Shown: piece after piece, positions 1 to 12,895 of the stretch
How positions within the stretch are numbered: the stretch's first letter is position 1
Layout of the letters: every line of letters begins with the position of its first letter
Assembly: GCA_964016885.1 (NCBI GenBank)
Contig: OZ024741.1
Span: forward strand, 289,168,001 to 289,232,000
Reading direction: 5' to 3'
DNA: 64,000 nt
From: Eledone cirrhosa
Lineage: Eukaryota
Position numbers and translations under genes: made by a program
Notes under the pieces: model-generated
Databases searched by the model: none
Told to the model about the DNA's origin: nothing
Seen by the model: only the letters and a program-made list of their open reading frames with translations

Positions 1-828
1 CACACTTACTACCATAGTATGCACACCAGTAAACCAACAAACAAAACTAATAGAAAGCGATGCAAAGAGTACTTATGGTATAACCCCGAATACAATAGTC
101 CCATTAGTACAAATTTACCAGTACTCTTCTTTAAAATAATTAAGAGACATTTTCCTACATCACACAAATACCACAAAATCCTAAACCCTACCACTATAAG
201 ACTGTCATACTCTACAGCGCTAAACCTTGAACAACACATAAAAAAGATCAATACTAGAAGGTTAAACGAAAACACTAAAAACTTAAGTACAAAGAACACA
301 AAAAAAAAAACAGTAAACAATATACTACAGAACATAAATAAACCACACCTAAGTTCGTCCGCAATACTACTCCAGAGAAAACCCAACGTACACAACTGTA
401 ACTGCACCTATCCTGACAACTGCCCCCTCGGCAATAACTGCCTGGAAAAAAATATTATTTATAAGTGTACCATTAAATCCGGAGGCAACGAGTGGTATTA
501 CGTGGGATCAACGGCAACATCGTTTAAATCTCGATTATATAGGCATTCTTACTCAATAAAACACCAGAGCCAAAGAAATGTAACAACTTTAGCAGAAAAA
601 GCTTGGACGCTCAGGGATAGCGATCAAAAGTTTACCCTAAAATGGGAGAAATTAGCTAAAACCCAAAGCTTTTCCAGGAGCCAACATTTCTGCAAATTGT
701 GTAATCTTGAGATTTATTACATAATCACACACAAGAAGAAATTGCTGAATAACAGAATTGAACGAACATTATTCTGCCGTCACCGAACTAAAACCCTTTT
801 TTCCCACTACAAGCCGAATATTACATAA
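1..828 (+). CDS. C-terminal part of a Penelope-like retroelement ORF (linker plus GIY-YIG endonuclease, Naiad/Neptune-like); frame is open from the window start
   Basis: LWYNPEYN..STNL, Cys cluster CNCTYPDNCPLGNNC, IIYKC..YYVGST..FKSRLYRH (GIY-YIG), LKWEKL, CKLCNLE, LLNNRIE..CRH; no stop in frame between 1 and 825. Confidence 0.88.
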   Translation, partial: HTYYHSMHTSKPTNKTNRKRCKEYLWYNPEYNSPISTNLPVLFFKIIKRHFPTSHKYHKILNPTTIRLSYSTALNLEQHIKKINTRRLNENTKNLSTKNTKKKTVNNILQNINKPHLSSSAILLQRKPNVHNCNCTYPDNCPLGNNCLEKNIIYKCTIKSGGNEWYYVGSTATSFKSRLYRHSYSIKHQSQRNVTTLAEKAWTLRDSDQKFTLKWEKLAKTQSFSRSQHFCKLCNLEIYYIITHKKKLLNNRIERTLFCRHRTKTLFSHYKPNIT

Positions 829-1662
829 AAGAGGGACATCCCCCCAACTATATAAACCTCAATCTAGTTAGAAAAAATATAAAAACAATTTCTTCTCAAC
901 ATATATATGTATATTAATAACCTCAAATTACCACACTAATAATGGAAAGATATGCTGATGAGAATAGGTGCAAAAATGCGATAATGAATGTGTCTAAAAG
1001 CGACCATAAGTATGTATATATATGTGAAAATGTATATAAATAAGTAAATATATATATATGTTTGATGTGTATAGTTAGATGTAAGTGTATTCATGTATTA
1101 AAGTGCTTGTATATGTATATATATACACATAGACTAGAGTATGTATGTATATATGTGTGTGTCTATACGTGTGTATATAAAGATAAGTTGAGTATGAAAA
1201 TGTATACACATGAACGCGTATGTATGTACATGAATACATGTGTGTATATATATATGTATGCATGTGTATATGTATGTAAGTATGAACATGTTACTATGTG
1301 AATGTGAGTATATGTATTTTGTAGAGGGGTGCAAATATGTTTGTGTGAGAATGCGTGGGTGAAAGGATACGTACACTGGAAAGAAAAAAAAAAAAAAAAA
1401 AATTTAAGTCTGAATGTTAATTAAGTGCAAACACAAAACCAACCACGCATATCTTTACTATCTCTAATCCCTCTATAGATTTAGAAAAATACCCAATAAT
1501 ATATTCTATAAAAATGTCAAAACAACAGATGGGAATCTAATTACTCACTGCCACCAAAAATTGTCACTGCTATCAAAAAACCACTCCCTCAATTATTCTT
1601 CTAACAACTTCACCCCTCTCTCCTAATATTCTCTATAAAAACCAAACAGGTCCTCAGTAATA

Positions 1663-1783
1663 TTATTCTGATGAAATGACAGTAAATAATAACATTGAAA
1701 TATTGATTGTCTGCATAACTAATACTTTGTGGATAGCAGCTGTTTTCAGGTTATGTAACTGTTATAGAAACACGTGTCAATAA
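1663..1783 (+). ncRNA. Type I hammerhead ribozyme motif with a long stem II insertion
   Basis: ttatt-CTGATGA-a-ATGACAGT..(~75 nt)..ACTGTTAT-a-GAAA-CACGTG-TC-aataa; stem I ttatt/aataa, palindromic stem III ACACGTGT, GUC triplet. Confidence 0.72.
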
Positions 1784-1941
1784 ATTCCTTTCAACTAAAC
1801 TGTATCCATTCAAAATCTTTCTATTTTTCTCCGGATTACTTTTGGAATTACAACTGGAACCGTCGAGCAAACTTTACGTGAGCTGTCAATCTACTGTGTG
1901 TAATATTTATATTACAACACAATGGAAAATACTATATATAT

Positions 1942-2397
1942 ATTAGAAATAGAATTTTTGACTAAACAAATTTTATTCTGATAATGGGGTTTAGAACCCT
2001 CAGATAAATGAAAAAAGATGAGTATTGATGTACATGGGGTAACAAATTATCGTTATAGGTAATCCAGTTAGAGGTTGTGAGTACTCCGTATTGTGGATAG
2101 TTTTAACGTACGGCGTTGTTTGACTCAACAAGAGGTTTCCTTAGTTAGGTGGCGAGTACTTGGGAATTCCTATGCAGGTTAATCTTGGAGTAATAATAGT
2201 GAAAGAGTGAAGAATAACATGGTCAACAGTACGGAATTCCGATGATTTAATCAGGCAAACATTGTATTTAAAATTGAGTGACACAACTTCAAGTGATTAG
2301 CAATTTTTAGACACCCTAAACAATGAAACAATTGTTAATACTGTAAATAAAACCTTTTTTGTACTGTTGACCATGTTAATCTTCACTCTTTCACTAT
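1942..2397. mobile_element. PLE-derived fold-back insertion between TA tracts
   Basis: 37-bp inverted repeat 2196-2232/2361-2397 enclosing a degenerate HHR; left extension read on the minus strand gives NDNLLP..YIN-like residues. Confidence 0.55.
2230..2345 (+). ncRNA. Degenerate hammerhead motif (CCGAUGA core)
   Basis: tacggaatt-CCGATGA..GAAA-CAATTG-TT-aatactgta; stem I 8/9 bp, palindromic stem III. Confidence 0.5.
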
Positions 2398-2404
2398 ATA
2401 TATA

Positions 2405-2461
<57 letters not shown>

Positions 2462-2707
2462 CTCTTTTACTGTTTAACCTGTTGCAGCCATCTAGCTATA
2501 TACATATATATATATACACCATTTATGCTAGATGGTATAACTAATTGGTTGATCTAGTCATTCGGATTAGCAGGCGGTGATGCAATAAAATAAAGCACTC
2601 AACGTTATGCGTCTCATCCATCATAGATGTGATTTCTCGTGGTTGGTGGAAGAACGGGGGTAATTACTTCAATGAAAAAAGAACACCGGATCCCAAATAT
2701 GTTGCAA

Positions 2708-2760
2708 AATCATGATGCGTATTTCTATGGTGAACAGGCCCACATCATCAGATCATGACT
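2708..2760 (-). ncRNA. Hammerhead motif, probably decayed
   Basis: minus strand: agtcatgat-CTGATGA-TGTGG-gcctgttca-CCATA-GAAA-TACGCA-TC-atgatt. Confidence 0.5.
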
Positions 2761-3617
2761 ACGACTTCAGGTGTAATTTACATAACATTTTTAAAGGTTA
2801 AGTATTTCATCATTGTTTTTAACATCTTATTTGACTGTATTTATAAAACTACGATTACTATCGGCTTAAATAATTTCGATTGACCAGTATATAAGGGATT
2901 GTTGAAAGATATTTCGATTGATAGATTTCTGACACGTTACCATACGTTTTATTCCAATGCTAGTATATACTACAATATATTTCTATATAATATCAACAAT
3001 CATTGTATGCAGAGACATGTAAATACTTCTTTTTTCTACTAATATCTATCTTCGTGGACAGAAAAAGACGAAACAGTATTTGGCTTGTCTCTATATACGT
3101 ATTTATTGCAGCCATCAACTTGCATTAGTACAAGAGGAACGGTCTGGGAGAAACTGTAAAGGTCATAGGCACAGCCTCTTCCTCTAGATCAAACTAATAA
3201 AAACAAAAATAAAACATCACGAACGGTAAGGTGATTGACCTTGTGATTAATTCCCCAAGTTGGCAAATATCGGGCGGGCAAGGCGGTTTTGTCAGTAAAT
3301 ATAGAAGCCACTCTTCGTGTTAGTGAAGTGTCTGTCGTAAAAAAAAGACGATGGTGTGGGGCAAAGTCGAGAGGGTCGCTCAATAAATACAATCCCAATA
3401 AGGAAGGTCACGTCAAATGAAATAGAAATAAAACTATCAAGGCAACGTAATTATGTTTTTGTTTGCCGACACGCAGGCACACAGACAGACAGAGAGACAG
3501 ACACGTAGGATAGACACACAGACAAACTGTGACTCTGTCACCAATCATTTGTATTTCTACAACTCTATTTTTACGGATTTTATGTTTATGATTCGTCTCT
3601 GAATCTTAAGTTTAGTT

Positions 3618-3634
3618 CTTTCTTTCTCTCTGTT

Positions 3635-3668
<34 letters not shown>

Positions 3669-3772
3669 ATGTTTTCTCTCTCACTCTTTCTCTCTCTCGC
3701 TCTCTCACTCTCTCTCTCTCTCTTTCTATCTTTCTCTTTCTCTCTCTTTCTCGCTTTGTCTCTCTCTCATGC

Positions 3773-3849
<77 letters not shown>

Positions 3850-3890
3850 GCTTTCTCTCTCGTGCTTTCCCTATCTCTCTCTCTCACTCA
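3618..3890. repeat. (CT)n microsatellite region
   Basis: direct inspection. Confidence 0.95.
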
Positions 3891-4099
3891 CACTCCCCCC
3901 TCTTCCTCTCTCACACTTTCTTCTTTCACCCTCTTTCTGGCTCTGTCCCACCTCAATGTTTATTTCGCCATCTGTCTCAATATTCTCGTGTTTCTCTTTA
4001 TCAACCTATTTTTATCTATTTAGTTTAGTCCAATCAATGAATCGATTTCTGTCTATCCGTCATCTGACTGTCTGTCTATCCGTCTGTCTATCTATCTAT

Positions 4100-7096
4100 G
4101 TAGTCCTAGACGTGAACAATATTGGAGGTGGAGCCTTCAGACTGGTGGCCTTTTATGCGCCGACCGGGCAATCACAATCGCGGCCAGAATTCTTTAAGCG
4201 TCTAGAGTCTTTTCTGGGAACGTCTCGCTCCTTGCTTTTAGTGGGGGAGTGGAATGGTATTCTAGATGCACGATGGGACTATGTGGGAGCATGTCCCAGT
4301 AGAGCGGGGTGCAACAGCCTCAAAAATCTAATCGGCCAATTCCAACTGGCCGATAGATATCGACTAGATTTCCCGACTGCACCACAGTGGACGTGGGCAA
4401 ACCTCAGCGGGATATCTAGATCGTATCTAGATAGGTTTTAGCAGAGAATTAGCTTTAGAGGAAAACAAATCAGAAACAGAACTAGTAGCCAAGGTAGAAG
4501 AGGCGCTTAGGAGTGGCAACGCAGCTAGAGTGCTAGCATTAAGAACGGCACTGGACCAGTTCTTCGACGCGAAACACGAAGGCTGCGTGGTCAGAAGTAA
4601 ATCACGTGCTCTAGGAAACGAGGGAGCAAAAGCTGTTAGCTGGGCCCGAGTGGCGGAAACGAAAAGTGGCAACAAGTCCACGATTCGGTCTTTGAAAGAC
4701 CAAAACGGACGCGTGCTACTTGACCCCAGGCAGATGTGTGTGGCCTTTCAGCGGCACTTTGCGTGACTGTTTGAGCAGAACGACGGTGCACCAAATGGGG
4801 CAATGGACTTTGGTTCATACCTCGACGGCCTGCCGCGTCTCTCGAGCATGGACGCCGAGTTCTGCGAAAGACCGATCACAGCCACTGAGGGCGCTGCGGG
4901 AAACGCAAATCACTCGGTCTAGATGGTCTACCCTATGAGTTTTAAATAGACATGCCGGACTTGTTCTCTGGCGTCCTCGAAGCCGTCTACTGTAATTGGC
5001 AGCAGAACGGGACAATTCCCAGTTCTGCAGGCACGGGCGTAGTTATGCTGATCAGGAAAGACGAGAACACGGGGGACGAAATAAACAATTTCAGGCCCAT
5101 AACTCTGCTCAACACAGAGTTAAAGATTTTGGCCAAGGTGCTAGCAACGAGGCTGACGCTTGTCGTCGAAAACCTGGTAGGGAAAGCGCAAACGTGTGCA
5201 ATCCCGACCAGGTCCATACACGTAAATGTCCATCTCATGCGATACATCATAGAGAGGGTGGGGTGTAAACCCGGCTTCGGTGGGGCTCTGATCAATTTAG
5301 ATCAGTCTAAGGCATTCGATAGGGTCGACCATCGATACTTGGAAGCGGTTCTCAAGGCGGCCTATCGGAGCCGTTCGCAATCACGCGTTCCATTCGACAG
5401 AGATGCCCTCTCTCCTCCATTCTGTACGTATTGACTCTAGAGCCACTACTGCGGATGTTGGAGCTTTTGCAGGGCATCCCTTTAGAACCGGGACTGCGAA
5501 AAGCGGCGTCGGCTTATGCCGACGATGTGACGGTAATGGTGTCGAAAACCTCGGAAATCAAGGTAATCGGCAACCTACTACAGGAATACGAAAGGTTCAC
5601 AGAAGCAAAACCCGGACAAGTCTGTCGGTTTGCAACTCGGAACATGGAGAGGCAAACCGATGACGTCCGACAGTGTCGTCGGACGCTGGACAGAAGGACC
5701 GGGGAAATTGCTCGGGGTCTGGTTCGGTCCAGACCTCCAGGTGGAGAAAAACTAGAACGAGGTCATGGTCAATGTATTTGTGCTCATCCAGAAGTGGGCA
5801 GAGTGCAAACTGTCTTTGAAAGGTCGAGCGGAGATGGCGAACACTTTCATAGCGTCCGTCATCTACTACCGCTTGACTGTCGTGCCTTGTCCCCGTGAAT
5901 ACCTCACCAAGATGGAACGCATGCTCCTCCAGTTCCCGTGGAAGAAGCAGGCTCTACTGGTGAGGAGATCCGTCTGCTGTCAACACCCTTCCTACGGAGG
6001 ACTGGGCATGCCGTGGCTAATGATGCGCAAACATGCGCTGAGGCTACGGCATCTCCAGGTATTCCTCACTGACCGACCGGTGTGGGCACCATTTGTGAGA
6101 CAGGCCTTCCCACAACTTGTTTCGCTGACGGAGCTGCGTCCTGGGTGAAGCAAAGACCGAAGAAGATGGGCGCCTGGCACATTGAATGCGTCCAGGCGCT
6201 CACAGTCCTCTGTCAAGCGGGCACAGCAATCAGTGGAGACTCCATTTCGACATTCTATAGAGGGTTAGTACTTTACAAGTGCGACGAGTGCTCGGGGAGA
6301 CTCTAGGCGTCGAAGACGATGATCTCACTAGTCTGTTCGGTAGGACTTTGCGCCCGGGACCTATGGACAACTTCAAGAGGTCCCTGGCCTGGCAGTGCTA
6401 CCGAGGAGCTCTACCCGTTCGAGATAAGATCTACAGGCACGGACGCCACGGCAGGGATCCTTCCAAGAGGACGTGTCCAAGATGCGAGCAGGACATTGAA
6501 ACCGTCTTGCACGCAATTGTACACTGCCGACCTGTGGAACTATGCAGAACAACTGCTATCGCGTATGGGACAAATCCAGTTGACTGCCGAGTCCATAGTA
6601 AGGATCAAACTGCCAGCCTCTTTCAAAAACGAAAGAGAGGTGGTTTTCCTCTGTACAGTGGCTATGGTGAAAGAGGTTATATGGTGGACGAGATTGCGAG
6701 GACTGAGGACAGATGCCTTTCTCTCCAGACAACTGATTCCCTTCTTTAAGTATCACTTTAGAAGGAGAATCAGAGTGGAGAGAGAGGCACTGCACCCCAG
6801 TAAATTTACTGAAAGGTGGGTGAATGAAGTGAAAATGGCCCGAGTGATTGGGCTTTCTCTGTTTATAAAGAAGAGAGCAAAAGGAAGAAAGGTGCACTTG
6901 CACAACACGCTCCTGGAGTTGAGGGTTGTTCTATCGACGGGGGTATTAAACAACCCATTTGTGGCGCCTTCCCCTTATTGGGGATTTCGATTATAATTGT
7001 TTGTTTCAATATTTTTACACGACTGTATGTAAAATCCCCGGCATGTATCTTTGTATTGTCCCCTTTTCTTGTGCGCCCTTGTGGCATATAAAGAAA
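4100..7096 (+). mobile_element. Decayed, 5'-truncated and internally deleted Tx1/L1-clade non-LTR retrotransposon (APE, RT, Cys/His motif, 3' UTR)
   Basis: APE: VAFYAP, LLLVGEWNGILD, WTW..SRSYLDRF; RT: NFRPITLLNTELKILAKVLATRL, NLDQSKAFDRVDH, SAYADDVTV, GGLGMP; CPRCEQDIETVLHAIVHC; many frameshifts; flanked by (ATCT)n on both sides. Confidence 0.92.
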
Positions 7097-7114
7097 TCTA
7101 TCTATCTATCTATC

Positions 7115-7157
<43 letters not shown>

Positions 7158-7229
7158 TGATCCATCTGTCTGTCTGTCTGTCTATCTCTCTCTCTCCCTA
7201 TCTATCTATTTATCTATCTATTTATCTAT

Positions 7230-7563
7230 CCAGTAAATTCGCTGAAAGGTGGGTGAATGTGGCGAAAATGGCCCGAGTGAATGGGCCATCTCTGTATATA
7301 CCCTGTAGGTTGAGGAAGATGAATAGAGGGAAGACGGGAACACCTACAAAACGTGTTCCTGGTGTTGAGGGTTGTTCTATCCACGGGGTGTAAAACAACC
7401 CTGCAGTAACTTTACCCCTATTGGGGATTTCAATTGTTATTTTATTATATATAGTTTATTGTTATTTATTAATGTTAAAGTTATATGAATTTTATGTAAA
7501 ACCCCCGCCGTCACGTCTTGTAATGTCCCATTTTTATACGCCCCTGAGTCAAATAAAGAAAGA
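7230..7563 (+). mobile_element. Second, diverged 5'-truncated Tx1-like 3' end within (ATCT)n
   Basis: [21 protein letters not shown] matches the ORF end at 6800-6860; ends gcccctgagtc-aaataaagaaa then ATCT repeats. Confidence 0.85.
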
Positions 7564-7589
7564 TATCTATCTATCTATCTATCTATCTA

Positions 7590-7970
7590 ATTCTTTTTTT
7601 CAAATACCACTTTGGAAGAAGAATCAGGATGGAGAGAGAGGTGCTGTACCCCAGCAAGTTTTATGAAAGGTGGGTGAAAGTGGTGAGAATGGCCCGAGTG
7701 AATGAGCCTTCTCTCTATATCAGCCTGTAGGTTGAGGAAAAGGAAGAGGAGAGGAAAGGAGTACAAACTCTTCGTACTCCTGGAGATGAGGGTTGCACAT
7801 TTTTTCGGGGGTATGTGTTACCCATACGTAATGTCTCCCCCTATTGGGGAAAATCGACTAACTTTTTAAATTGCATTTGTGATAACATTTTACACGTTTT
7901 TATTGTATGTAAACTTCCACCCTTTGTATTTGTCCCCTTCTTTTGTGCCCCTGTGGCTAATAAAGAAACA
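7590..7970 (+). mobile_element. Third, diverged 5'-truncated Tx1-like 3' end within (ATCT)n
   Basis: FFKYHF.RRIRMEREVLYPSKFYERWVKVVRMARVN; ends gcccctgtggct-aataaagaaa then ATCT repeats. Confidence 0.85.
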
Positions 7971-8003
<33 letters not shown>

Positions 8004-8489
8004 GTCTGTCTGTCTTCTGCTTGTCTGTCTATCTATCTATCGATGGATCCATCTGTCTGTCTGACTATCTATCCATCTCTCTCTCCCCCTCTCTCTCTGT
8101 CTGCCCCTCTCTCTCTATCTCACCTACACAACCCCCCCCCCCACTACTGTATCGCTCTCTTCACATTTAACACTTTTAAACAACTTTGCATTCATCGCTG
8201 GTTTTGTCGCCATTCTCACTATAACAATCATCATCATCTTCGTCACTCTCACCATATGATCATCATCCTTAGCAGCAGTATCACTTAATAATCTGTTATT
8301 ACTACCACCACCGCCTCCATTGTAGCCCACCATCACACACACAAACAAAAACACACTCACCACCGCCACCATTATCAAGCTTATTATCTTGGACAATAGC
8401 TCAACTCCTTCCTCTGACTCCCCTTCTGTCTCCTCTTCTTCGTCCTCCTTCTCCCCTTTTTCCTCATCGTCATTATCGTCATCATTATT

Positions 8490-8674
8490 GTGGATAGTAT
8501 CGGTAGAGGGTCGGACACCATGCTTTAGTGTGGAGTTATGGCCCTTTACGTTCTGAGTTCAAATCCCGCCGATATTAACTTTGCCTTTCATCCTTGCGGG
8601 GTCGATAAAATAAAGTACCAGTAATGCTCTGGGTAATTGCTGGCCTTGTGCCAAAAGTAGAAACAATTATTATT
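8490..8674 (+). mobile_element. tRNA-derived SINE, family A
   Basis: B box GAGTTCAAATCC, body aactttgcctttcatcc..gtcgataaaataaagtaccag, (ATT)n tail; near-identical copies at 29408, 39892 and 48112. Confidence 0.85.
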
Positions 8675-9247
8675 ACCACAACATTCCACCACCACTATCA
8701 CCACAAACACCACCACCAACAACAGCAGGAACAACACCCTCAATACCATCGATGCTATCATCATCATTTCCTCTTCCTCCTCCTCTACCCATCCTCCTAC
8801 TCTTCCTCCTCCCCCTCACTTCCTCCTCATCCTCATCATCATTATCGTCATCATTATCTTTATCATCATTGTTACTGCCATTTTCGTTCAGGATTGCCGC
8901 CAAACCACTCTGATCCTGCCGAGCTGCCGTTCGTTTTAGTACCTCTTAGATCAACGATAAATATGTGAGACGCTGTTAAACGCAAATGAAAGTCAACTGA
9001 TCTAGTGAAGAGGGTGGTAGATGACCTGTCTCACTGATATAGCGATATATAGGGGAGAGGGACTTGCATGCACACACACACACACACACACAAAAACAAC
9101 TTACATACGCACTCGCCTACATACATGTGCAGGTACGCACACCCACATACACACATCCGCACACGCGCACATACACACAAGCTCACGCACACACAAGCAC
9201 AAGCACACACAATACAAATGTACTATACATATGCTGTAAGCTCGTAC

Positions 9248-9297
<50 letters not shown>

Positions 9298-9338
9298 CTG
9301 TGTATATATATATATATACATATCTATCTATCTATCTA

Positions 9339-9370
<32 letters not shown>

Positions 9371-10016
9371 GTTTTGCGAGGTTTTTTATATGAAATCGTG
9401 TGTCGAAACAGATATTGTTATATTTGGGGAGGGTCATATTTGCGTAATATTGCCAGAATTAATAACAGAACACACTCACTGTTTGGTTGGTTTTCGCTTC
9501 TCGCTGTCTTTTATATATATATATCTGCGATCTAACTTACTCGGTCCTCAATGTTGCCATTGACTGACCGGCGGTCAAAAATAATACAGATACAATATAG
9601 ACAAACACATATATATATTTTACATAATTTACATAAATCTTTCGTTGCACATCTGCAACATCGTCAGTGGTGTTATATTCATTGTTCCTCCTGTTGTGTT
9701 GTATGTCTACGCCATTTTTTTGCGTAGACATACAACACAACAGGAGGAACAATGAATATAACACCACTGACGATGTTGCAGATGTGCAACGAAAGATTTA
9801 TGTAAATTATGTAAAATATATATATGTGTTTGTCTATATTGTATCTGTATTATTTTTGACCGCCGGTCAGTCAATGGCAACATTGAGGACCGAGTAAGTT
9901 AGATCGCAGATATATATATATATAAAAGACAGCGAGAAGCGAAAACCAACCAAACAGTGAGTGTGTTCTGTTATTAATTCTGGCAATATTACGCAAATAT
10001 GACCCTCCCCAAATAT

Positions 10017-10022
<6 letters not shown>
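9371..10022. mobile_element. Near-perfect ~300-bp-arm palindrome built from a PLE terminal repeat, in (TA)n
   Basis: arms 9412-9712 and 9722-10022 with a 9-nt loop; mirrored ORFs 9537-9767(-) and 9667-9897(+); terminus tattgttata..gggagggtcat shared with 43977, 46570 and 52381. Confidence 0.85.
9763..9804 (+). ncRNA. Hammerhead motif (mirror copy at 9630-9671 on the minus strand)
   Basis: CTGACGA-T-GTTGCA-gatg-TGCAAC-GAAA-GATT-TA; stem I weak. Confidence 0.6.
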
Positions 10023-10064
<42 letters not shown>

Positions 10065-10494
10065 CTGTCTGTGTATATATATATATATATATATACATAT
10101 CTATCTATCTATCTATATATATATATATATATAAATATAATGTAAATTTATATATATACGGAGTAACAAATTATTCTTTCCTATTTATATATATATTGAG
10201 TTATAAACTCGAAATAGTCTTTTACAATTAAATAGCTCAAAGAAGGAAATATTTCCGAGCCGTGTAATATATGGGAGAGATGAACACTCATACAAGTATA
10301 CATGTGTTCGAATTGCAAAAGACCAAGTTAGCTAGGTTGAAAAATACGAATTTAAAATAATATGGTTTGCCTGTCTCGTTTTAAAATAATAAATAAAAAA
10401 AAATAACAAACTTTTATTGGCAATGGCCGTGATGCCCGGACAAATTCTAAATTTGTTTCGCAACAATTATTAAATGAAAGTCACTATTCCTGTT

Positions 10495-11890
10495 ACCTGG
10501 ATTGCCTCAAGCTCCGTGGTTAGTTTGACACTATGGGGTGACCACAACTGGAAGCAATAGTCCAGGCGGCTTAGGACAAATGTCCTCCATAGTGTCAACA
10601 TGGTGTCTCGGTCTCTTGTCCGGAAAGTCCTCAAGATCCAGCCAGCGCGTCGTCTGCACATTGTCGCCACTTTCATGATGTGTGAGGAAAAAGTTGCATC
10701 ATCGCTCATGTCTATACCCAGGTCTCGTATCGATTTTGACACAGGGATATCGGTCCCTTCTGGTCCTGCGTAACTGTGTTGTACTGTATTTGTGTTTGCA
10801 GGTTAGTATTGTAGGGCTTGGAATTTGCCAGCATTAAACTGCATGTTGTTTTCTTCCGCTCATTTGTATATGGCATCCAGATCTTGTTGTAAAAGGGCAG
10901 CGTCAGCCGGGTTTTTGATTGCTTGTACTATCTTAGTGTCATCAGCATAGCTAGTGAAGGATGTTGTTGTATGTACTACAGAGGGCATGTCTGAGAAGCC
11001 ACCAAAAACAGTAGTGGTCCCAGGACTGTCCCTTGGGGCACCCCACTTGTTATTGATGTTTCCTTTGAGAGGGCCCCATTTGCAGCGACTGTCTGGCTTC
11101 TGTCCTTTAATAAGTCATGCAGCCCTCACCTACTTTTCCAGTTATGCGGAGTCTGTGTAGTTTGTGACATATCATTCCGTGGTCGACCTTGTGAAAGGCC
11201 TTCGCAAAGTCAAGATATATCACGTCCACATGTGAGCTGTCTAGCAGTTGTGTCAGTACCCAGTTGTAGTGATGTAGCAGCTGTGTAAGGCAGCTTATTC
11301 CTGGGCGGAAGCCATGCTGCGTGCTAGTAAGGCGCTCATTTTCCTCGAGGAAAGTCATCAGTTTCTTTCTGACGACTCGCTCCATAACCTTACTGATATG
11401 CCACGTCAGGGAGACTAGCCTATAGTTTTTGCCCTCCGCTCTGCTACCTCCTTTATGGATAGGGCATATTGTGCCTTCTTTCAGCTCCCTGGGTAGTATA
11501 CCGCTAGCCAAGGAGCTTCTGAAGAGCATCTTCAGTGGAGTTGCTAAGGCCCGCTTACATATTTTTAAGAAGACTGCTGGGAATCCATCAGGTCCAGCAG
11601 GTGAGACTGTTCTAATTTCATCTATGGCGTATACCACATCCTCCCCCGTTATGTTTATGTGGTTGATGGTCGCCATTTCTTCATGTAGCGTTGTGGCATC
11701 AAATAACTCCTCTGGCTTTGTTATTTGCATGTGACTCAGTGGACATGTGAATTCACTTTTGTACCGTTCGTTCAGTATTTCACATATCTCTTGGGGATTC
11801 TCGGTTAATGAGCCGTCTGTATGGAAGAGTGGCCCAATCTTGCAGTGTACCGAGGCAGTTTCTTTTGAAAATTTAAAGAAGGCCTTAGGG
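10495..11890 (-). mobile_element. CR1-group LINE reverse transcriptase fragment (pseudogenised)
   Basis: [92 protein letters not shown]; cut by (TA)n at 11890. Confidence 0.92.
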
Positions 11891-12427
<537 letters not shown>

Positions 12428-12614
12428 TTAATTCAAAATATTAACAAAATAGATATTCTTGCGAATATTTTGAATTATTATTAATAACACTGGAAAACCT
12501 TTTAACTGTTGAGTGCTTCCAATCTATTGTAAAACTCATTCTTTGATGTATTCATTGAACCTTGTTTAACTTTTAAATATATATATATACATACATACAT
12601 ATATATATACATAT

Positions 12615-12648
<34 letters not shown>

Positions 12649-12649
12649 C

Positions 12650-12695
<46 letters not shown>

Positions 12696-12792
12696 GCAAA
12701 AGTTTTATTTAAAATTGTGGGCAACTTCTTGCATAGAAGTTGATCAATATTTATGGTACGTCAAATTTATTTATAAAACTGCTTATATATTG

Positions 12793-12858
12793 TATTTTAT
12801 CTGAAGAAGGCATGCCATATTTTTAATATGGTATCCCTGAAATATGTATAATGAAATA
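12793..12858 (+). ncRNA. Canonical type I hammerhead ribozyme motif in a short element (12697-12898) between TA tracts
   Basis: tattttat-CTGAAGA-AGG-c-ATGCCATAT-tttta-ATATGGTAT-c-CCT-GAAA-TATGTA-TA-atgaaata; 8-bp stem I. Confidence 0.8.
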
Positions 12859-12895
12859 AATATGGTTTTATAAATATAGTTTCCATTTGTTTAAT

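Larger units (their letters stand above)
1..1932 (+). mobile_element. 3' part of a Penelope-like element (ORF end, 3' UTR, HHR-bearing terminal repeat) ending at (TA)n
   Basis: GIY-YIG ORF followed on the same strand by an HHR at 1663-1783, then AATAAA and a TA tract. Confidence 0.7.

Noticed and set aside
829-1000. SECIS or selenocysteine use by the PLE
   Set aside because: No in-frame UGA in the visible ORF and no convincing SECIS fold.
9537-9897. Pair of near-identical 76-aa ORFs on opposite strands
   Set aside because: A by-product of the palindrome; no recognisable protein.
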